From: Desulfatiglandales bacterium
GTDB taxonomy: Bacteria > Desulfobacterota > DSM-4660 > Desulfatiglandales > Desulfatiglandaceae
Length of the DNA: 64,000 nucleotides
Direction: 5' to 3'
Assembly (NCBI GenBank): GCA_963662465.1
Contig: OY759599.1
Coordinates: forward strand, 2,016,001-2,080,000
Part shown: one piece after another, positions 39,750 through 48,602 of the stretch
Layout: each line of letters begins with the position of its first letter
Position numbering within the stretch: the first letter of the stretch is position 1
The notes under the pieces: model-generated
What the model was told of the DNA's origin: nothing
Seen by the model: the letters and a program-made list of their open reading frames with translations, nothing else
Databases searched by the model: none
Made by a program: the position numbers and the translations under genes

Positions 39750-39976
39750 ATTCCCCCCTCTTCTTTCCCTGATGAATATACCTACCAACGACATGCTTCA
39801 TCATTCTCACAACAATCAGAATTTCAATCCAATGAAATTATCAACGTTTTTTGTATTTTCGTTTATCAAAAAACTGTCCTATCGTTGAACGATTGCATAA
39901 GTACGATAATAGTGGGACGATAAACGGCAGCACAAAGACTCGGGGGGGATGAAGGAACTTCCTGCCCCGATGCCTG

Positions 39977-40029
39977 TGCCAACGATGAGCTAACTTTTTT
40001 GCATGTCCCAGGCAACAGCAAGGTTATAA
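39977..40029 (-). other. Degenerate attC-like site (attC4)
   Basis: Inverse core TTATAAC contains the upstream gene's stop codon; GTTGGCA core 53 bp later; arms pair poorly. Confidence 0.4.
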
Positions 40030-40380
40030 TCTCTTTAATTGAACTGTAAAAAATCGAAAATTCTTATCTTTCATTTCATTGAAGTTTGCTTCTTCAACAG
40101 GTAATCCTTCTTTCCGTGCAAGCGGATAAAACTTTTTGTATGACTCCTCGTCAAACCCATAAGCTGCACCAAAATTGAGGCCTCTCAATATTTCCCCGAA
40201 TCTCGTCTTTTTTACGATATGTCTTTTTTGATCATCTGGATCAAATTCTTTAAGGAAAGCTTTCATAGCTCGAACAGATCCAGATATTACACATGCGTTG
40301 CCTCGATCTCCGGTACATACAACTTCAGTAGGAGATGCAAAAGCAAAATAACCAATTATCTTTCGACTACGATCAGCCAT
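40024..40380 (-). CDS. Hypothetical protein (probable integron cassette gene)
   Basis: 118 aa, AGAGG RBS, lies between two attC-like sites. Confidence 0.65.
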   Translation of the reverse strand: MADRSRKIIGYFAFASPTEVVCTGDRGNACVISGSVRAMKAFLKEFDPDDQKRHIVKKTRFGEILRGLNFGAAYGFDEESYKKFYPLARKEGLPVEEANFNEMKDKNFRFFTVQLKRL

Positions 40381-40456
40381 ATGAATTTTCCTCTTTGTGG
40401 TTTTGCTTCCTTGAGACCCTCATCTTTCTTGCTTGTAGATGCTACTAATGGCCTAC

Positions 40457-40515
40457 GGTCAAAGTGCTAATCAGTCGCGCGGCTTTTTGCGTCGGCTGCA
40501 TTAGGCTTGTTGGGC
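40457..40515 (-). other. attC site with mutated core (attC3)
   Basis: GCCCAAC-AAGCC-TAATGCAG...CTGATTA-GCAC-TTTGACC; L boxes pair with one extra G, but the core GTT reads TTT; overlaps the helicase stop codon. Confidence 0.65.
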
Positions 40516-43500
40516 CATTTCCTTTAAAAGTCTGATCCGATTATTCTTGGCTTTATACTTTTCAATAATCCCTTGTTCTTCCAGCGTATTGAGACTGCGC
40601 ATAACTCGGTGCTCAAAAACTTTACGAGGGTTTCCGCGTGTTAAAACCCCCACTTCCTTGAGAACACGAGATGCCACGGAATGCAGGGTGCAGGACTGGT
40701 TTGGGCATTTTGACAATGCATTGATAATGGCGTTCTGGATTTCCATTATGGTAACTTCTTCCACGCGATGACCTACGGACTCTACGTCATTTTCATCATT
40801 TTCGGGTGAATCATCGCTATGAGTGCGATCGTTGTCTTCTTCATCATCTAATTCCTCGAAAACCTGCCCATCCTCAGCATCTTGCCAGCCTTCGTTGCTC
40901 TCGGAGTGATGGTCTCCAAAGCATGATCCGGGGAAAATACCTCTTTCTTCAAGCATGAACCACAATTGTTGAAGCGCCCCATTTTTGTCTGTGTAAAAGG
41001 CCGACTCTCTCACACGGAAAAACTCCCATCCGCAACGTTCAAGTTGCCGTTGGCGTTGCATGTCCGCCTCGTAACGGTCGGCGCCGTGCCAATTATCTCC
41101 ATCGCACTCAACCGCCAGCCGCGCCTGTCCGCCCTCAACCACAAGATCAATTCGCTTTCCCGCAACTTCATGCTGGGCAAGCACAGTGAAATCTCTGCGA
41201 AGAAGTTCCAAGGCAACGTCAACCTCGAACCAACTCTCGAATTTGTCAGGGGGCTTTACAATGCCTCGATTGTCCTGCGTTGCTCGCCGCTCCAGTTCGG
41301 CCACCTCAATTCCAGCAATCTGTTGAGGCTTCGTGTTCTCGAAAAAATCAAGCAACTGTCGCCGAAGACACGAGACGCTAAGATCGTCACAGGTGACGGA
41401 ATGGAATAGAATCATCATGTCACGGGCGCGACTGGCCGCGACATTGAAGCGTCGCTCGTCCGCCGCCTTTGCGAGAGGCCCGATTCTTTCATTGCCGGCC
41501 GCGACGAGCGACAAAAACATGATGTCGCGTTCATCGCCTTGAAAACTGTAAGGGTTGCCGCAAATCAGGCGACGCCGTTCCATTTCCTCGGCCCCCAGTC
41601 GTTCGAGCAACTGATTCTCGATCAAAGCAGCTTGCGCTTCGCCTTGAAGCACCACCACCCCCATAGTCTTGCCATTGTACCGGCTGTCGCCGCACATTTC
41701 GGCGAACCTTTCGACGATGGCTTCGGCTTCCGGACGGTTGATTGTTCGGGTGTTTGAACCTTCACGATATCCACCGCTCACAAAAACATGTTCCAGCGGC
41801 GGCAGCCGGTCCGGGCCATACTGCCTCAAGGGAATGAGCGGCGTATCCGAATAGCAAAGGTCATTGCTGAAACGGATGATTTCCGGCATGCAGCGGAAGT
41901 GCTCACGCAGCGTGACGCGCCGCGTGCCGTAGCGAAGTTTCCCGTGATCGAACAAGCTGCTTTCAATATCGAATGACGACTTGAAGTGGAAATCGTAAAG
42001 GAACTCTTCCATCAGGCGGTGCACCGAATCGCGGGGCAAACCCACGGCATCAGGGCTGATCTGTTTGTCATCGCCAACGATCAATATCTTCTTTCCAAGA
42101 TAGAATAAGTGAAGAGCTTCGACGCCACATTGCGAAGCTTCGTCAATGATAATCACATCGAACATGCCGGGCGTGGGATACACCGTGTCCCAAATGCGAT
42201 GGAGTGGCATTACCCATGCCGGAACCGCTTCGCGGCACTCATTCAGATGTCCTTGAGCCTCGCGACGATGGTGCGGCGCGTGTTTACCAGTCCCCTTGCC
42301 AAGCCGCCGCATGGATTGCTGCCAGGCCTCCATGTGGCGGCGATGGTCTTCCTTGAGCCGTGAGAAACAGAAAGACCAGGCGTAAAGGGAAGCAAGTTTC
42401 GCGATAATGCCGTTTATCTCATCCTCGATTTGTTTGGCGCGCATGGCGAGCGCCGGAACGTCTTCCTGTCGAATGTAATCCTCAATCCAGTACCACGCCT
42501 GCGCCCAATGCCAAGCGTCGCCAATTCGCCGGACTCGTTCTTCCCAATATGGCTCGTTGCAGGTTTGTTCCAAGGACTTCGTGAACTTCGGAAGCAAGCG
42601 GCGCAGTTTCGAGAGATATTCGTCCACCTTCTGAAGGCGGTGACGCTGTTTCTCCAAATCCTGAATCGTATTCGCGCACAGAGCAAACTTATCCATGCCG
42701 CGGCTGCGAATGGCACGCAGCAAATCGTTTGTCACCGGATGTGCGCTGCCCATAGCGACCACGCGAGAAATCGGAACCTCAACGCTTTGGATTTCCTCGA
42801 CGGCAAGCCGCTTGCGGATACGGGCCAACGCAAGGAGGCATGAGGAGACAACCCTTTCAACCTGGGATTCGTCGGCCCATACGGGCTCACCCATGCCTGA
42901 ACATTGGTTTATCGCTTCTCGACATTTGGCAATGAGTTCTTCTAGGGCCAAGGCGTTTTCGAGCGCATCACGCAACGACTTGAGAGCTGTCAATTGGAGA
43001 GTGTACGGACCTTCAACCTTTTCACTTCGCCCTTTCCAGAAGCCCCACGCCTTTTCAAATTCAATGCGAACATGCACCGCATCCGAAAGATTTGAGAAAT
43101 GCTCGACAGTGGAACAGGGGCGTCCAGTGATTCGCACAGTCTTGATTACGTAAAGCCTTTCCTTCACCGGTTTGGGTCGAAATACCCCCCAACCCAGTTT
43201 CCCGCCCTTCTCCATGTACTCTTTCAGTTTGCGAGCATCTTCATACAACGACCTGATATCGGTAGTGTCCGGGAATTCAATTCGGGTCTCATCGGCGACC
43301 GCAACGAGTTCTTCAATTGATGCAATAACATCTCGCGTAACACGTAGAAATTCATGCCACAGGGACGAGTTGCCGCCCAAAATATCGCTCAAAACATCGT
43401 TCATCCATGCATGCGGCGTTGCGAGGAGTCTCCTGCGAGTGTCCCGAAAAGTTGAGAAAGCTTTATGGATCGCCTCGATGGCCGAAGGATTGTTTTTTAC

Positions 43501-45390
43501 CAAAACATCGGCAAACCGTTCATCGGCCCCGCGTGCCGAGTTTTGCTCATCTTCAGTCGCCCTTGTCTCATTCCTCACAAGGTTAGCAAAGCGCTCAGGG
43601 GATGGCAACGCTTCGGGCCATGCAAGGCCCAATTCCCGGCTTTTCTCTGGCGTGAATTGGCGCAAAACCACAAGAACGTTTCTCAAGTCGTTTTCGGAGA
43701 TCTGACACGTCTTGTCTAAAGGAACGGAATCCGTGAACCATTCGTAGTCGGATCGATCCCGGTTCACAGTTTCGGCGATTCTAGCCGCCGTCCCTCGATA
43801 GGCTCCCTCCGCAATGGACTGCGTATGCGTTTCGGACTCCCTGATGTCGCGAAGTCGCCGGTTGACCCTGGCCTTCTCCTCGCGGAGTTTCCGAAGGCGC
43901 TCTTCAAGTTCCCTGCGCTCACATTTGGCGCGATCTTCGTTCCACTCCTCATTCTTCCGGAGAATGCCGCCAACGCTGGCTTCGAGAGAGCGGCGTTCCT
44001 CAAGTCCACTGCCAAGTAGATTGATGCAAAGGGGGCGCAACTCATCAGGCACAAGCCCTTCAAGAACCTGAAGCGCACGCGGCGTTTTCGCCGTGATGAG
44101 TGTTCGCTGTCCCGTGGCAAGCAGATGGCAAATCAGATTGGCGATGGTATGAGATTTTCCGGTGCCCGGCGGCCCTTGCACAAGTACGCCGCTTGCCGTT
44201 CGAATCTTATCAACAATGCGGCGTTGCTCATCGTTCGATGGTTTGGGGAAGAAGACCTCACCATCGAATGCAGCGTTTGCCTCTTCCGGCCCATTTGGCG
44301 ATTCACGGCCATCCTTCGGGCGGATTTCCGCGAGGTCCGAGAATTCGCCGAGGATGTCTTCGCCGTGCTCAATCTGTTCCTTGATCCGTTTCAAGGTTTC
44401 GGTAAGACCTTTGGCGGAACGCTTTCGCAGAATCAAAGCCGGAGCATATTCCACGATGGGCTTCGCCGAAGCGCGGATGTTTTTCGCTTCCAGCGAATCG
44501 TCATAATCGCCTTGTGAGTTGATCGAATGCACCAGGGCCTGTAGGACGCCTTCGATACATCCTTTTTCCCACGGATCGTCTTCGGCTGCGGTCAGTGACA
44601 CCTTCGCGGTTTCCTCCACGTGCGCCGGTTGCTCCTCGATGTCCAACATGTCGAGTTCGGGCCGTAGTTTGGCACCTTCGGTGTGGGGCCGGACGGTGAA
44701 TTTGCCCAAACGGGCTTCAAACTCCAAGATTGCATCCGCAACAGCCAAATGACGCCTGATGCGCTGTCCGGTCTGCGTCTGCCAAGTTAGCAGGCCCAAA
44801 CCGAGTACGAGTTCGTATTCCTCGCCAAGACGAAGTTGCTCCTGATGAATGGCAAAGAGCGCGGAATAGACCTTATGGACTTTCTCCCACGCATTATGTT
44901 CCTCCGTCCAAAGAAACCATTTGCCTTCCACATACCGTTCCCATGTTTGCTGAATTTCAGGGTGATTCTTAAGGTGTTCGATGTTCTGGATGGTTTCCGA
45001 CTGGTCTGATCCCTCGCGCCAATCGGGATTCTGGATTTGACGAGTAATCTCAGAAAGAAGTTCAGGTAGGACATTCTTGTTTCGGAGTAGAGACCGATTC
45101 ACCCAATCTCTGCATTGAGTGGGCACAGCGGGTAGTTCGGGTTCTCGTCGGTTTTGCACTTCCAACCATACGTCCGATTCATATTCCTCATCGCGCCCCC
45201 ATGCCTGGGTGAAACACCCCTGTTCCCTTGGAATGGCTGAAAGCCACAGAACCTTCTCGTACTCGTCAATGCTGCGGATCAGTTTCGCACGCAGGGTCGC
45301 CAGCCGTAGAAAATAATCCACCAAGCGAACGGCTTTTTTTGCTTCAGAGTTGAGTGTCTGTGGTTCGTTCACAAGCTCACTTATATCCAT
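40501..45390 (-). CDS. Large SF1 (UPF1/DNA2-like) helicase fused to a Vsr/DUF559-like endonuclease; candidate anti-phage protein
   Basis: QGPPGTGKS, IIDEASQ, VGDDKQ, EHFRC, FQGDERD and NVAASRAR motifs; C-terminal FESWFE...RIDLVV...AVECDG..WH...RQRQLERCGW. Confidence 0.88.
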   Translation of the reverse strand: MDISELVNEPQTLNSEAKKAVRLVDYFLRLATLRAKLIRSIDEYEKVLWLSAIPREQGCFTQAWGRDEEYESDVWLEVQNRREPELPAVPTQCRDWVNRSLLRNKNVLPELLSEITRQIQNPDWREGSDQSETIQNIEHLKNHPEIQQTWERYVEGKWFLWTEEHNAWEKVHKVYSALFAIHQEQLRLGEEYELVLGLGLLTWQTQTGQRIRRHLAVADAILEFEARLGKFTVRPHTEGAKLRPELDMLDIEEQPAHVEETAKVSLTAAEDDPWEKGCIEGVLQALVHSINSQGDYDDSLEAKNIRASAKPIVEYAPALILRKRSAKGLTETLKRIKEQIEHGEDILGEFSDLAEIRPKDGRESPNGPEEANAAFDGEVFFPKPSNDEQRRIVDKIRTASGVLVQGPPGTGKSHTIANLICHLLATGQRTLITAKTPRALQVLEGLVPDELRPLCINLLGSGLEERRSLEASVGGILRKNEEWNEDRAKCERRELEERLRKLREEKARVNRRLRDIRESETHTQSIAEGAYRGTAARIAETVNRDRSDYEWFTDSVPLDKTCQISENDLRNVLVVLRQFTPEKSRELGLAWPEALPSPERFANLVRNETRATEDEQNSARGADERFADVLVKNNPSAIEAIHKAFSTFRDTRRRLLATPHAWMNDVLSDILGGNSSLWHEFLRVTRDVIASIEELVAVADETRIEFPDTTDIRSLYEDARKLKEYMEKGGKLGWGVFRPKPVKERLYVIKTVRITGRPCSTVEHFSNLSDAVHVRIEFEKAWGFWKGRSEKVEGPYTLQLTALKSLRDALENALALEELIAKCREAINQCSGMGEPVWADESQVERVVSSCLLALARIRKRLAVEEIQSVEVPISRVVAMGSAHPVTNDLLRAIRSRGMDKFALCANTIQDLEKQRHRLQKVDEYLSKLRRLLPKFTKSLEQTCNEPYWEERVRRIGDAWHWAQAWYWIEDYIRQEDVPALAMRAKQIEDEINGIIAKLASLYAWSFCFSRLKEDHRRHMEAWQQSMRRLGKGTGKHAPHHRREAQGHLNECREAVPAWVMPLHRIWDTVYPTPGMFDVIIIDEASQCGVEALHLFYLGKKILIVGDDKQISPDAVGLPRDSVHRLMEEFLYDFHFKSSFDIESSLFDHGKLRYGTRRVTLREHFRCMPEIIRFSNDLCYSDTPLIPLRQYGPDRLPPLEHVFVSGGYREGSNTRTINRPEAEAIVERFAEMCGDSRYNGKTMGVVVLQGEAQAALIENQLLERLGAEEMERRRLICGNPYSFQGDERDIMFLSLVAAGNERIGPLAKAADERRFNVAASRARDMMILFHSVTCDDLSVSCLRRQLLDFFENTKPQQIAGIEVAELERRATQDNRGIVKPPDKFESWFEVDVALELLRRDFTVLAQHEVAGKRIDLVVEGGQARLAVECDGDNWHGADRYEADMQRQRQLERCGWEFFRVRESAFYTDKNGALQQLWFMLEERGIFPGSCFGDHHSESNEGWQDAEDGQVFEELDDEEDNDRTHSDDSPENDENDVESVGHRVEEVTIMEIQNAIINALSKCPNQSCTLHSVASRVLKEVGVLTRGNPRKVFEHRVMRSLNTLEEQGIIEKYKAKNNRIRLLKEMAQQA

Positions 45391-45400
45391 AGATTTCTTG

Positions 45401-45496
45401 ACCTAACGACAAACTTAGCAGAAGACAGGGCGATACAGACTTTCAGTCCGGCACGGCAGCCCTACCCTGGTTTTCTGCTACAGTGACAGGTTGGGC
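45401..45496 (-). other. Integron attC site (attC2)
   Basis: R'' GCCCAAC, L'' ACTGTAGC, L' GCTAAGT (pairs with one extrahelical G), extended stem AGAA/TTCT and CAGGG/CCCTG, R' GTTAGGT; the helicase ATG follows 10 nt after the core. Confidence 0.85.
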
Positions 45497-45507
45497 ATAA
45501 AAATATA

Positions 45508-45545
45508 TTGACATCCCACCTTTAATATGTACAATATTCTGTACA
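45508..45545 (+). promoter_or_regulatory. yefM-yoeB promoter with two TGTACA operator cores
   Basis: TTGACA-16 nt-TACAAT; TGTACA at 45528-45533 and 45540-45545 (12-bp spacing); AGGAGG RBS follows. Confidence 0.85.
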
Positions 45546-45557
45546 GGAGGTGCTAAA

Positions 45558-45809
45558 ATGGAAGCCATAACCTATACGGCAGCAAGGCAAAACCTTGCAA
45601 AAACAATGGAAAAAGTTTGCAGAGACCGTGCGCCGATGATTGTAACGAAAAAATCCTCGGGTTCTGTAGTTATTATGTCTCTTGAGGACTTTGAAGCCCT
45701 TGAAGAGACAGCCTATCTGCTACGGTCACCGAAAAACACAAAGCGGCTGATTGAATCTATTGCTCAACTCGAAAATGGCAAAGGGGCTGAAAAGGAGCTT
45801 GTAGAGTGA
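45558..45809 (+). CDS. yefM: YefM/Phd antitoxin
   Basis: ITYTAARQNLA and LEETAYLLRSPKN motifs. Confidence 0.95.
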   Translation: MEAITYTAARQNLAKTMEKVCRDRAPMIVTKKSSGSVVIMSLEDFEALEETAYLLRSPKNTKRLIESIAQLENGKGAEKELVE

Positions 45810-46060
45810 AGCTCATTTTTTCTGACCACGCTTGGGACGATTACATCTTTTGGCAAAAAACTGACAAAAAGATTCTTCGTCGCATCAACACCCTCATTAA
45901 GGAAACCAAACGAAATCCTTTTGAGGGTGTGGGAAAGCCTGAGCCGCTAAAACATGCACTTTCCGGATATTGGTCCAGGCGAATAACAGACGAACATAGA
46001 TTTATCTATAAAGTCTCCGAAGATGCAATTCATATTGCCCAACTGAGATACCACTACTGA
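45806..46060 (+). CDS. yoeB: YoeB/Txe mRNA interferase toxin
   Basis: AWDDY..WQ, GKPEPLKH, WSRRITDEHR and C-terminal RYHY; GTGA overlap with yefM. Confidence 0.96.
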   Translation: MKLIFSDHAWDDYIFWQKTDKKILRRINTLIKETKRNPFEGVGKPEPLKHALSGYWSRRITDEHRFIYKVSEDAIHIAQLRYHY

Positions 46061-46071
46061 TCCCCGTTTAG

Positions 46072-46133
46072 CCCCAACGCCGCTACTGTGGGGTGCGCGG
46101 TCCTTGCGCATCCCTACCAGCAGTTTGTTAGGC
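46072..46133 (-). other. Integron attC site (attC1, 62 bp)
   Basis: GCCTAAC...TGCTG(G)TAGGG(A)TGCGC-loop-GCGCACCCCACAGTA...GTTGGGG; imperfect palindrome with two unpaired bases, 6 nt after the upstream stop codon. Confidence 0.85.
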
Positions 46134-46139
46134 GAACAA

Positions 46140-46674
46140 TTACCGATACTCGTCACCAGCCTGATTGCACAATTCAATACAGCAATCAAGCCATGATTGG
46201 TACCAGTACCAAACACCTTGAACTTCAACCCCGAACCCCTTTGCCGGATTCTTGGCATCCTCGGCCTGCCACATGCGCAGGTGCTCTGCGAGAACGCGAA
46301 ATTTCTTGAAACCCGCTTTGTTAACTGCCTCAACGACATCAGTTGCGCGGTATTTCGGGCGTTCAGTTTCTTTCTTAACCCAGAATTCCTTATCAATGGT
46401 TTTTGCTAAATCAGACTTGGGGTCAATGAACTCGATCACCTTGTCAGCCTGCCCTGGCTTATTTTAAACTTATCTGGTAGACTCTTCAGCTCATTAAGGA
46501 ACTCTTGCATGCTGTCCCCAGTTAGATCCCCAAGGTAAGCATGGATAAAAACGGTCAACTGCTTCTTTTCCTCTTTGGATAAGCTTTTCGATAAGATTGA
46601 AGAGACTCCTCCTCGTCAGCGTTTGTCTTGAGGAAAGGATGAGACTCAAAACCGAGTTGAATGTAGAATGCCAC
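46140..46674 (-). pseudogene. Chimeric remnant of cassette genes
   Basis: RBS plus GTG gives MAFYIQLGFESHPFLKTNADEEESLQSY; a second frame gives SKSLSKEEKKQL...LPDKFK; a third gives NKPGQADKVIEF...ETERPKY...* (resembles a DUF3644-type C-terminus). Confidence 0.55.
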
Positions 46675-46705
46675 GTGGAATTCTCCTATTATTTTTTCTT
46701 AATGC

Positions 46706-46836
46706 GCCCAACAAGATAATATGCTGTTTCCGAATAACCCATACCACCAATTTCAATTTGCTTGCAAAAGTTCAAATTTTGCCGGTTTGCTAACGGTATA
46801 ACGTGATAAAGGAGGTGATATCTGGTTTCCGGATAA
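46706..46836 (-). other. attI-like site at the head of the cassette array
   Basis: Core GTTGGGC ~30 nt before the first cassette start with no attC-type hairpin partner; imperfect direct repeats TTATTCGGAAAC / TTATCCGGAAAC upstream. Confidence 0.45.
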
Positions 46837-46907
46837 GCTGCCATACTGAGAATCCCTTCAGAAATAGCACATGCCTTTCACTTCCCAAGTTCCTCACCTT
46901 CTCCCTT

Positions 46908-48017
46908 TTACCGATCAATCTCAGGGATCACCAGATCCAGACTGCCCAGAATAGACACCGCATCCTGCAAAAGATGCCCTTTCGCCAGTTCCCCGAAAAG
47001 GCTCAGGTTGGAGAAACCGGGCGAGCGCAATTTCACGCGGTAGGGGAATTTGTCCCCGTTTGAAATGAGATAGACGCCGATCTTCCCCCGTGCCCCTTCC
47101 ACGGCGAAATAGGCTTCCCCCCTGGGAGGTTTCCAGCGGGGTTTGGGGGCTTTTTTGACGATGTAATCCCCTTCCGGAATCCGGTTTACGGCCTGTTCGA
47201 TGATGTTGAGACTTTCCGCCAGTTCCGCCATGCGAACCCGGTATCGGCCCATGGCATCACCCTTTTCATCAACGGGTATTCGATAATCGAACCGGTCGTA
47301 TATGGAATAGGGTTCGGATTTTCGAATATCATAGGGGCGGTTGGAGCCTCTGATAACGGGTCCTGTGGCCCCGTACCTTTGACACATCTCAAGGGAAAGA
47401 ACCCCTACCCCCTCGCAGCGCTTACGGAAAATAATGTTGTCCGTCACCAGATCCCGGTACATGGGGAGCCGGTCTCTCATATATTTCACAAAGGCAAGGG
47501 TATCTTTCAGAAATGAATCGGTAACGTCCGTTGCCACCCCGCCGGGGCGGAAAAAACTGTAGGTAAGGCGCGATCCCGAAATGGGTTGAAGGAGATCCAG
47601 AATTTTTTCCCGATCCTCAAAGGCGTACATGATGGGCGTAAAAGCCCCCAGATCCAGGATATAGGCCCCGAACCAGACCAGGTGAGAGGATATACGGTTC
47701 AACTCTCCGGTGATGACCCGAATAAATTCCGCCCGTTCAGGAACCTCAATGCCGGCCAGACGTTCCAGTGCCCCCACATAGGCCCAGTTCCATCCCAAAG
47801 GGTTCAGGTAGTCCACGCGGCCCATGTTTGGCATGTATTGCACACAGGTTCTGATCTCCGCCATTTTTTCGTGCATACGGTGGAGATATCCAATGACGGG
47901 CGTTGCCCTGACGATATATTCGCCGTCCAGGACCAGCACGACCCGAAGCACCCCGTGGGTGGACGGGTGCTGAGGCCCCATGTTAATGATGAGAGTTTGT
48001 TCGTCGCCTTCGGTCAT
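46908..48017 (-). CDS. nuoD: NADH-quinone oxidoreductase subunit D
   Basis: NMGPQHPSTHGVLR, GYLHR, RVDY and C-terminal EIDR; lacks the Ni-binding CxxC pairs. Confidence 0.95.
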   Translation of the reverse strand: MTEGDEQTLIINMGPQHPSTHGVLRVVLVLDGEYIVRATPVIGYLHRMHEKMAEIRTCVQYMPNMGRVDYLNPLGWNWAYVGALERLAGIEVPERAEFIRVITGELNRISSHLVWFGAYILDLGAFTPIMYAFEDREKILDLLQPISGSRLTYSFFRPGGVATDVTDSFLKDTLAFVKYMRDRLPMYRDLVTDNIIFRKRCEGVGVLSLEMCQRYGATGPVIRGSNRPYDIRKSEPYSIYDRFDYRIPVDEKGDAMGRYRVRMAELAESLNIIEQAVNRIPEGDYIVKKAPKPRWKPPRGEAYFAVEGARGKIGVYLISNGDKFPYRVKLRSPGFSNLSLFGELAKGHLLQDAVSILGSLDLVIPEIDR

Positions 48018-48550
48018 TGCCCCTCGGGTTTCGATTCTTCGGTTGGCAAATTGGCTTCTTCAAAAAACAGAAAATCAGGGTCCCTTTCCACGATTTCGCC
48101 CGGATCCAGCAGATTTTTTAACGGTGCCCGGCCTTTATCCTCCTTTATAAGGGGATGATCCGTCATGTCTTCGGGCAACAACAGAGGTTTTGGGTTCGGG
48201 TGACCGGTAAAGTAAATACCAAAAAAATCCATTACCTCCCGTTCGTGCCATAAAGCGCCGCTGTAAACAGGGCTGATGGTCGGAATTTGAGGGTCATCGT
48301 GAGGAACGATTACATAAAGAGCGGTCCTGTCCGAGCCGGAATATACGCTTAAATGGTACACCGCCACAAAGCCATTTGCGCTGTCCAGGCCCGAAATATC
48401 TTCCAGGAAAAAACCGGCTTGAAACAACCGCTGAGCCGCATCCACCAGCGTGTCGGGGGAAAGAAAAAGACCCCAGGTGATCCCCGTCTTTTCAAAAACG
48501 TGTCGGCACTTGCAAAGGGTATTGAGGCCTTCCATCCACGCAGGCGTCAT
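48014..48550 (-). CDS. nuoC: NADH-quinone oxidoreductase subunit C
   Basis: PTIS, WHEREVMDFFGI.F.GHP and HPLIK motifs; start uncertain (48550 or 48610). Confidence 0.9.
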   Translation of the reverse strand: MTPAWMEGLNTLCKCRHVFEKTGITWGLFLSPDTLVDAAQRLFQAGFFLEDISGLDSANGFVAVYHLSVYSGSDRTALYVIVPHDDPQIPTISPVYSGALWHEREVMDFFGIYFTGHPNPKPLLLPEDMTDHPLIKEDKGRAPLKNLLDPGEIVERDPDFLFFEEANLPTEESKPEGQ

Positions 48551-48602
48551 GTGCCTTTGTCCTCGGTTTGGATTCCGGTTATTCTCATTTATGCGTTTAG
48601 AC

